NCBI GenBank assembly: GCA_020184695.1
Contig: JAANOX010000012.1
Location: 1 to 19,279 of the forward strand
DNA length: 19,279 nt
Direction: 5' to 3'
Source of the DNA: Histomonas meleagridis 2922-C6/04-290x
Taxonomy: Eukaryota; Protista; Parabasalia
The position numbers and the translations under genes are program-made. The notes under the pieces are model-generated. The model did not search any database. It saw nothing but the letters and a program-made list of their open reading frames with translations, and was not told the origin of the DNA. Shown piece by piece: positions 11,101 through 16,890 of this stretch; position 1 is the stretch's first letter; each line of letters starts with the position of its first letter.

Positions 11101-11943
11101 TTTAAGTTCTTCTTCATGGTTTGGAATGGGGAGAAATTGGATATAATATAATGGAGTGGAGACTTTGATACATATAGTAATATAATTGTCGACATTAAGA
11201 TAACGACAAAATAGAAATAGTTTACCACCTTCTTCATGAATATGGAAAAGAAAGACATCAATGGAACCTTGGTCTGGAAGATCAAGATTGACAAGATTTG
11301 ACGACGCAATTTCTTCTGTAAAAGAATCATCAAGATTAGATTCAATGGGTTGAATATCAAAAATAACTTGTCTTGGTTTCTCAGGAATTGTTGGTGCTGG
11401 ATGCGCATTTTCTTTGGGTGATATGACTTCTTTCTTTTCTATTTTTGGAGTGGTAATTACTTGATCATTATTATTATTAGGAGGTAATGGATTGTTATTA
11501 AAGGTTGGCGGAAGAGAAGGCTTTTTGACAATTTGCCTTTTTGTATGTTTAGATTTTCGACGGGTTTGCTCTTCATCACTATTATTTAATTCTTCTAGCA
11601 TATTTTGGAGACCAAGATCCATGTCTTCACTTTCTTTTTTAGGTTTTTGTTTTGGCTTGACGTTTTCTTTTTTCACTTCTTTTGAGGCATTCTTCAGGAG
11701 AAAATCTTTTAAAGTTGGACCTGAAGGTTTCTCTTCTCTTTTTTTTTTCCTTTGTGGATGATAATCATCGGCATAAACACCATCAACAACAAAAGGTTTT
11801 TCATCATCGCTGTCTGTTTCACTAATTTCTGATTGAGAGTCACTTTCTGAACTAAAATCAGCAGACCTACTTAGAGCCATTCTTATTTTTTCCTTATCCT
11901 CCTTAGTGTTGGCAATAGAGTGTCTACTTGCTCTTTTGCTCAT
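8107..11943 (-). CDS. POLA1: DNA polymerase alpha catalytic subunit (family B), 1278 aa
   Basis: Motif A DFNSLYPSII, motif B KVLANSMYG, motif C YGDTDS, KKKYAA and KGLDMVRRDWS. Pol-alpha-type N-terminal FVVDGVYADD segment and C-terminal Cys cluster (CTQC...CPNC; CDNYMC...C). Confidence 0.93.
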   Translation of the reverse strand: MSKRASRHSIANTKEDKEKIRMALSRSADFSSESDSQSEISETDSDDEKPFVVDGVYADDYHPQRKKKREEKPSGPTLKDFLLKNASKEVKKENVKPKQKPKKESEDMDLGLQNMLEELNNSDEEQTRRKSKHTKRQIVKKPSLPPTFNNNPLPPNNNNDQVITTPKIEKKEVISPKENAHPAPTIPEKPRQVIFDIQPIESNLDDSFTEEIASSNLVNLDLPDQGSIDVFLFHIHEEGGKLFLFCRYLNVDNYITICIKVSTPLYYIQFLPIPNHEEELKEEVQSLSSKLKCGIVSMEYQSKNYAFDNLSIPKRTSWLCVSFTSKLRPNEIPSQGNHYSNVLGITSTLAESFILREHLRGPTWITINNPKQFGQTSTIPMITIPNITFIKSIPLEQIPQHIPNFNLCTISLRSLHNEKTNENEIFLISLRILYKWNIEIFQSSGSKQMIKNITFASSLGSTSLSRQYCRDVMNREDIQICTNEQELLSKFVETLDKYDIDLISSYGLVTYDGPLLIERMKKFNISNWWKLGRLKRTNPHGSKANFLTVISGRVPIDLRISCTEFLRVKDTNFSSIVKEHLNEERQQIDHFLIREMLSDYNSLDKIIKYNIRDTIFVSRLLQTIQTLPLTLQISQLSGCPWERVLLGQATHRCESLLLHEFFERDYVLPEKLENLGPLKRISKYKGGMVLEPQRGFYDTCIVVLDFNSLYPSIIREFNICFTTVNRENPDANASRKSKINGVLPSIMTDLLNARKQIKNETAKLKKTQDTVDKNSSKFAALNQQLLKLSIKERAVKVLANSMYGYLGYKNSRFQAKELAALITEKGREILNATKTSIENKQFQVIYGDTDSVMVNTRTKDVDEAKKIALKLSELISKNYRCLVLGVDFIFEKMLLVQKKKYAAFVHEEPPRSSHIETKGLDMVRRDWSPLTKTLSGFIIQEFMSSNSENDDVVQNILDELEVVADMMRNGGNTVEKESRTHPKGIALSKLFLSKTLKKPIDKYPENDSTPHVVVARELIKKGNVIQPNETIKYIICNSDDKEVSKKAKYYLDVQSFEEADVNWYLTNQLLHPLWRLCEPFGGIQQGQISRALGIQSSLSFNNYQSDDNSYSSIPTLFKLTFHCTQCAAEIEITPFFNKCIICPNCNFHNNWKFVANQLILQVQSFLSQDLKIGQYKCDNYMCNHKTYQLPISTLNVPHLNQYRDGQSCKGKIILSHDLSSIYQTMRYWRSIFVKPKDDQNQEQIEFEEFRVCMYEFFVNKIKNHGFSTVSFNEILGIK

Positions 11944-11991
11944 TTCGGGATTAATAAAGTACGTTTATTATTTCCCAAACAGCCAGTTTTG

Positions 11992-13274
11992 TCAAAACTG
12001 CCATCGAATCAAGGAGAACGTTATCCAGGAGGATTTTGGTATATCAAATATTTGATTATTTTCATCTTGGCTTTTAGGTAATGAGTTAATTTCTTTTTTA
12101 TCCAAAGAGCCAAGTTCATTAGTGAATTTTTTACCATTTAATGATGCTAAAATAAGTGCTGCATTAAACATTATATATAATTTCTAAATATTTGAATGAA
12201 ATTTCAAATTATTAAAATATATATTTTGGTTCAAACTATAAATTCCTTTTTGTTTAATATTTATTTTAACGATTTCTGTTTGACCATTTATTAAAGCTAA
12301 AATAAAAATTGATTTAAACAATTTAAATAAACATCAAATATTATTTTGGAACAAAAAATTTCTTAATTAGATATCACCAATATCAATTATAATAATTCCT
12401 TCATATTCAAGAAAAAGTTGAACTATATCTTAGTGACTTTTTGATTGACTTTAAATCAATAAATTAAATAATATCTTTGGTATTAATATCAATTGTTTGT
12501 TGTTCAAGAAGATATTTAACAAATTCAGTATATCCTTTTAATCATTAGAATTGTTAAAAATGTGCATAAAAAACTCCAAAAATGTTTAAGAAATTTTAAA
12601 TTAAGAAAATTAATATTATTTCTACTGTTAAGATTCATACAATTTTGTTGGATAAGTAATTTAACAACTTCATCTTGATCATTTTTCACTGCTAAATTAA
12701 GTGCTGTTTTAAATACTTTAAAAAAATACCAAATTTAGTTTTGAACTTTTATGTAATTTCAATGAATTCCAAATAAAATATTCGTATATTTTTAGTATTA
12801 ATTTTAATTCCATTATAATTATACAATAATTTTACTATATTTATATGTCCTAATTGAGTTGCACACATAAGAGCTGTTTGAAATAATTTGAAAAATTTCC
12901 AAATATTATTTTGATATGCAAAATAATTGAAATAAACACTAAATAATTAGATCAATTATTTTGTGCATTAACATCAACTTTTTGTTTTTGAAGAAATAAT
13001 TTTATGATATCTATACTATTATTATAAGCTGCATATATTAGTGGCGTATAATATAATTTTAATAAATTCCAAATATTATTATGATGTTTGAAATTCTTAA
13101 AATTAATTTCAAAATATTAAAATAAATATCGTTAACATTAACTTCAATTGTGTTTTGATCAAGTAATAATTTAGCAATTTCATCATTACAGCATTTTATT
13201 GCTAAAATAAGTGCTGTACCAAATAATGGTTGTTCTAGACCTTCACTACCTCGAATTTTTCCTTCAAAATAAGC
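11992..13274 (-). other. Ankyrin-repeat locus of about 8 repeats interrupted by AT-rich spacers (candidate non-canonically spliced gene or pseudogene)
   Basis: Minus-strand translation: GTALILAIKCCNDEIAKLLLDQNTIEVNVND / KLYYTPLIYAAYNNSIDIIKLFLQKQKVDVNAQN / KLFQTALMCATQLGHINIVKLLYNYNGIKINTKN / KVFKTALNLAVKNDQDEVVKLLIQQNCMNLNSRN. Then come more degenerate repeats and a final segment MFNAALILASLNG...RWQF* ending at 11992. No ATG found upstream of the first repeat. Confidence 0.85.
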
Positions 13275-13308
13275 TTAAAATATGTTTTAATTTAATTTTT
13301 ATATATTT

Positions 13309-13620
13309 TCAAACAGTAGTATTATTTAAAGTAATTACATCAGATGATAAATCTATATATTTATCAATTTTGGAAATGTACGCTTTTAAACGCTCAAGAT
13401 GTCTCATATTTGCATGTGATTTTACATCCTCCCCCTTTGACCTTAAATAACATAGAGAAAGTGTTGTACCAGCATATGCCAATATAGTTTTAAATTTTGC
13501 TTGCTCAAATGGAGAAAGATTTTTCAAAGTTTCTTCGAGCGGCCTTTCCATAAACTTTGTAAGGTGCATTTCGACAACTTCTAGTGCTTTTTGGTAGTTT
13601 TGAAGTGCCTGGTCTTCCAT
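13309..13620 (-). CDS. C1D: C1D/Rrp47 (Sas10/Utp3/C1D family) nuclear exosome cofactor, 103 aa
   Basis: LSPFEQAKFKTILAYAGTTLSLCYLRSKGEDVKSHANMRHLERLKAYISKI matches the C1D pattern LxxxExAKxxxxLAYxxxSLxxxYLxxxGxxxxxHxxxxELxRVKxYxxKI. Size also fits. Confidence 0.8.
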   Translation of the reverse strand: MEDQALQNYQKALEVVEMHLTKFMERPLEETLKNLSPFEQAKFKTILAYAGTTLSLCYLRSKGEDVKSHANMRHLERLKAYISKIDKYIDLSSDVITLNNTTV

Positions 13621-13739
13621 ATATCACTTTTACGTAATGTTCTTAATTCAAAAAGTGGATGATGAATAGGTTTCTATCAATTTTTATTTGGAAAAAGATA
13701 TGCCATTGGTATTTTCTTTAAAATTGATTTTTGTCAGAA

Positions 13740-14654
13740 ATGTCTGAGCCAGAGGTTTGGATTGAAACCATCCGAAGCGGAAATCATCTCAGTGAAGAGC
13801 AACTCATTTCACTATTTTCTAAACTAAAAGAAGTATTGTATCAAGAAGGAACAATTCATCCTTTGTCTTTACCAATAACAATTTGCGGCGATATCCATGG
13901 ACAACTTTATGATCTTTTCGAACTCTTCAAAGTATCAGGTGGTATTGAGCAAAACCGATACCTATTTCTTGGCGATTATGTTGATCGTGGCTATTTTTCT
14001 CTTGAAACTTTTGCTTATTTAGGTGCACACAAACTTTTATATCCCGACAGAGTGTATCTTCTTCGTGGAAATCATGAGTGTCGTCAAGTTAATCAGCTTT
14101 ATGGATTTTATGATGAGTTTATAAATAATTATGGACATGCAGGACTTTGGCGTATGTGTAATGAAGTCTTTGATCTCCTCCCAATCGGTGCCATTATTTC
14201 CAACAAGATATTCTGTGTTCATGGAGGTCTTTCACCCGAGATCAAGCTCATCGAACAAGTTCCACTTATTGATCGTCAACGCGAACTTCCCAGCACTGGC
14301 GCTTTGGCTGACCTTACATGGAGTGATCCCGAAGACATTGATGGGTGGGCTGTTAGTCAGCGTGGTGCAGGATGGCTATTTGGACGTAATCCAACACATG
14401 AATTCTGCCATAACAATCGAATTGACTTAATTTGTCGTGCACATCAATTGGCAATGAGTGGTTACCAATATCATTTTGGCGAAGAACAGTTGGTGACTGT
14501 ATGGTCTGCTCCAAATTATATGTATAGATCTGGTAATGACGCTTCTGTGTTGAAGATTGATGAAAACTTTAATAGGCAATTCGTAATATTTAAGGCTGTA
14601 CCTGACAATGAAAGAGTAATACCAGACTTGACAACACCTCATTACTTTGCATAA
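13740..14654 (+). CDS. PPP6C: PP2A-family Ser/Thr phosphatase catalytic subunit, most PP6/Sit4-like, 304 aa
   Basis: GDIHG, GDYVDRG, RGNHE, HGGLSP, WSDP, RAHQL and VTVWSAPNY are all present. The tail FKAVPDNERVIPDLTTPHYFA resembles the PP6 tail [21 protein letters not shown]. The first ATG is at 13740 (the ORF track starts at an upstream TTG). Confidence 0.85.
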   Translation: MSEPEVWIETIRSGNHLSEEQLISLFSKLKEVLYQEGTIHPLSLPITICGDIHGQLYDLFELFKVSGGIEQNRYLFLGDYVDRGYFSLETFAYLGAHKLLYPDRVYLLRGNHECRQVNQLYGFYDEFINNYGHAGLWRMCNEVFDLLPIGAIISNKIFCVHGGLSPEIKLIEQVPLIDRQRELPSTGALADLTWSDPEDIDGWAVSQRGAGWLFGRNPTHEFCHNNRIDLICRAHQLAMSGYQYHFGEEQLVTVWSAPNYMYRSGNDASVLKIDENFNRQFVIFKAVPDNERVIPDLTTPHYFA

Positions 14655-14766
14655 ACACTTTACTTTGATTTTGTTTCTCAGCTATATTTTGACAAAGCCT
14701 GTTTGAAATGAAAATTAATACTTAGAAAAGTTAGCTATAGATTAGTCGAAGGTAGGTATATAATGC

Positions 14767-14842
14767 GGTCGGGACTGATCCCGAGGACCCCAAAAGGGTC
14801 CCGGCCGGGACCCTTTTGGGGTCCTCGGGATCAGTCCCGACC
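14767..14842. repeat. Perfect 76-bp palindrome (38-bp arms, no loop)
   Basis: GGTCGGGACTGATCCCGAGGACCCCAAAAGGGTCCCGG is immediately followed by its exact reverse complement. Checked base by base. Confidence 0.97.
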
Positions 14843-14856
14843 TTTTCATTTAACCG

Positions 14857-14929
14857 AGGGGGCTGAGGGCTCATAAGCATCCTGGGTCCCCGAAGGGGAC
14901 CCAGGATGCTTATGAGCCCTCAGCCCCCT
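14857..14929. repeat. Perfect inverted repeat, 35-bp stem with GAA loop
   Basis: AGGGGGCTGAGGGCTCATAAGCATCCTGGGTCCCC-GAA-GGGGACCCAGGATGCTTATGAGCCCTCAGCCCCCT; the arms are exact reverse complements. Confidence 0.97.
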
Positions 14930-14933
14930 AGAT

Positions 14934-14980
14934 TGGCTCGCTCCGCTCGCTACAAAAATCAAAATGATTTTTGTGAGCCA
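14934..14980. repeat. Third, bulged hairpin containing a GCTC-repeat motif
   Basis: TGGCTC/GAGCCA outer stem and ACAAAAATCA-AAA-TGATTTTTGT inner stem. GCTCGCTCCGCTCGCT lies at 14936-14951. Confidence 0.75.
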
Positions 14981-15269
14981 TACAATTCGATAGAAAATTT
15001 GAATGAGCATTCAATTTTGAGAGAACGCGAAACTTTTTCATAGGGACGATAGCACTTTTTATGCCACTTTTCGCATAAACCTATCAAAAACCTCGTATAA
15101 CCAGCACAAATTGTCCCCGGTTATGTTTGGCCGGACATTTATCCTATTCAATTTATCTTTGGTCAGAGGTTTGTAGTCAAAAAGCGACGGTTATATTGTT
15201 TGGTCGCATGGCAAACTTTATTTTTATAAACGAATGGTCAGAATACACAATTTTAAAAATGTCACATCA

Positions 15270-15280
15270 TCACTTCACTC
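15270..15280 (+). promoter_or_regulatory. Tandem Inr-like motif TCACTTCACTC upstream of ATG 15284
   Basis: Matches the trichomonad Inr consensus and nearly duplicates the motif at 18681. Confidence 0.5.
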
Positions 15281-15283
15281 TTT

Positions 15284-16012
15284 ATGAATACAGATTACTA
15301 TTCAGTTACAAAAACTTGTAGATTATATCAAAGAAAAAGATCCAGATGCTACAGCGGTTGCTTTATTTTTGAACCCAAAAGATGACAAACTTGGTAAATT
15401 TTCAACAATTTTATAATCAAACCAATTGGGCATGATCATCAAACATAGAAAATTTTCCAAGATTTTTTTTTTTTTCTTCATAAAGAGTTGATCGAATTCT
15501 TCAAACAAAGAAATATCAAAGTTTCAGTACCAATAACTGATAACAAAAAGCCACCACTTACTAATAATATTCATTATTTAGAGATTCATTTAACTCTATT
15601 AGAGAGTAATTTTCGGAAGATGGTATCATGCATTTCTATATGAATCAAACGAACACTGAAGTTAATAATATACTTATATCACATAAAATACCTGATAATC
15701 ATGAATTCAAATCAGTATTTGATATGAATTCTATCTATCCCGATAGTTTTATAGCTCTAGTTTGAATAAAAAACAATAATCATCATTTTTTTTCTGTCTG
15801 AGGATGAATTTCTTTTTACATTTGATTTCTATGATGATTATTTTAATAATTTTATCACTTCACCTAATGACATTGCTCAAAACAATACGAAAAAGTCAAT
15901 TTATGTTACTAATGTTTTTTCTTCATTATGGTCAGTAGAACAAAGTGCTAAAGAATTAAATAGACAAATAAATAATGTTTATTTTATTTATTTTCTTTTT
16001 CATAAGGTATAA
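15284..16012 (+). pseudogene. Frameshifted element ORF(s) of unknown function, containing a PolB motif-A-like string
   Basis: Protein-like segments in alternating frames: IQLQKLVDYIKEKDPDATAVALFLNPKDDKLGKF; HKELIEFFKQRNIKVSVPITDNKK; MHFYMNQTNTEVNNILISHKIPDNHEFKSVFDMNSIYPDSF; LSEDEFLFTFDFYDDYF...WSVEQSAKELNRQ. Exact junctions are unclear and this may be more than one gene. Confidence 0.45.
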
Positions 16013-16190
16013 CATATATTTCACTATTTTGTCTTAAAGCTGAAAATGGTATTGGTTGTTCAAATATAATTGCATTTGTGAATGACACTCTTCTCTGTTT
16101 TTCTATATCTTTTAAATTTCTAATTTCAGGAATATCTAACCTATTTTTGTTGTAATAGGTTTCTATAACCTCAGGTTTATAATTCGACAT
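15984..16190 (-). CDS. Small hypothetical element protein, 68 aa
   Basis: ATG-initiated ORF with element-like codon usage; contains KQRRVSF. Confidence 0.5.
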   Translation of the reverse strand: MSNYKPEVIETYYNKNRLDIPEIRNLKDIEKQRRVSFTNAIIFEQPIPFSALRQNSEIYVIPYEKENK

Positions 16191-16225
16191 TTATAAAAAT
16201 GATTTAAATTTTATTAAATTACAAT

Positions 16226-16312
16226 GAATTTTTGAAACTAAACTATGACAAATGGGACGCAGGCGTCCTTAAAGGACGCCTGGGATTTGGTATATTTTAG
16301 TTTCAAAAATTC
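16226..16312. terminator. Intergenic hairpin, possibly a 3'-end or termination signal
   Basis: 17-bp perfect outer arms (GAATTTTTGAAACTAAA 16226-16242 / 16296-16312) enclose a GC-rich core CAGGCGTCCTT-A-AAGGACGCCTG (16260-16282). It lies ~30 nt downstream of the minus-strand stop at 16344. The function is inferred. Confidence 0.5.
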
Positions 16313-16343
16313 AAAAAACAATATATATATAAATAATATTTTA

Positions 16344-16541
16344 TTATTTCTTTTGTCCAACTAGTGCATTAGCTACACCATCTATAACAGGTGAGAATTT
16401 ATCTGCTCTTGTAATCCCTTTTGCAATAGCACCTGCATGACCAGGTAAATTTTTCAATTCCAGGTATTTTACCTACTGTATTTACAACAGGTTTAGCTAC
16501 TTTAATCCGTTTTTAATTTTGTTCCAAAAACCCCAAGCCAT
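16344..16541 (-). CDS. Small basic amphipathic-helix protein B (pVI-like), 65 aa after two compensating homopolymer indels
   Basis: Reconstructed MAWGFWNKIKNGL(K)VAKPVVNTVGKIPGIE/NLPGHAGAIAKGITRADKFSPVIDGVANALVGQKK*. One A is missing near 16501 and one is extra near 16451-16455. Not in the ORF track. Confidence 0.65.
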
Positions 16542-16571
16542 AAATAATAATAAAAATAAATATTTATTTCT

Positions 16572-16856
16572 TTATTTATAAAATGCAGGATGTAAATTAG
16601 AAAAGATCTTATCATTTGCTTCCATACCTACTGGTTTGAATATAGGAGCTATTCTATCACCTACTTCAAATATTTTATCTACAGGTAATTTCTTTAAAGG
16701 TCCTATCTTTTTAATATCTTCTTTATGTTGTTTTGCAAATTCATAACCTTTCGCAATATGCGGACTAATTTTTGTGAATCCTTCTTTCACTTTTTTAAGT
16801 AAAGGTCCTATTTTCTTTATACCGTTTTTAAATTTATTCCACAACCCCCACGCAAT
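16572..16856 (-). CDS. Small basic amphipathic-helix protein A (pVI-like), ~94 aa, with ATT at the expected start position
   Basis: (ATT)AWGLWNKFKNGIKKIGPLLKKVKEGFTKISPHIAKG...; the N-terminus is nearly identical to that of protein B. IKKIGPL occurs twice. Confidence 0.65.
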   Translation of the reverse strand: MAWGLWNKFKNGIKKIGPLLKKVKEGFTKISPHIAKGYEFAKQHKEDIKKIGPLKKLPVDKIFEVGDRIAPIFKPVGMEANDKIFSNLHPAFYK

Positions 16857-16864
16857 TAAAAATT

Positions 16865-16882
16865 ATGAAAAATATTTTTCAT
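16865..16882. promoter_or_regulatory. 18-bp palindrome ATGAAAAATATTTTTCAT supplying an Inr-like TCAT on both strands (candidate bidirectional promoter)
   Basis: Perfect palindrome between divergent genes. The A of TCA is 10 nt from the start position on each side (16881 to 16891; 16866 to 16856). Confidence 0.6.
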
Positions 16883-16890
16883 TTTTATTA

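Noticed and set aside
8433-11761. Small ORFs nested in or antisense to POLA1
   Set aside because: Alternative-frame or antisense shadows of a conserved essential gene.
11984-12000. CAGTTTT-gtc-AAAACTG hairpin upstream of POLA1, overlapping the ankyrin stop
   Set aside because: A 7-bp AT-rich stem is common by chance; no supporting evidence.
12175-13127. U12-type (AT-AC) interpretation of the ankyrin spacers, prompted by ATAT starts
   Set aside because: No ATATCCTT consensus, no AC ends and no TCCTTAAC branch site. Shifting the junction to start at AT destroys the conserved D/N codon.
13266-13323. Possible extra spacer fusing C1D in frame to the ankyrin array
   Set aside because: The motif would be TTTAA (no G), the length (55-58 nt) matches no other spacer, and in-frame joining has a one-in-three chance.
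13211-14642. ORFs 13211..13450, 14037..14222, 14131..14430, 14427..14642
   Set aside because: Shadows of the C1D, ankyrin and phosphatase coding sequences.
14767-14929. CRISPR array, tRNA or rRNA interpretation of the GC-rich island
   Set aside because: No repeat-spacer periodicity, no tRNA cloverleaf consensus boxes and no rRNA similarity; these are simple inverted repeats.
15127-15508. ORFs 15127..15321 (+) and 15323..15508 (-)
   Set aside because: Non-ATG starts and non-protein-like composition; they overlap the better-supported broken ORF starting at 15284.
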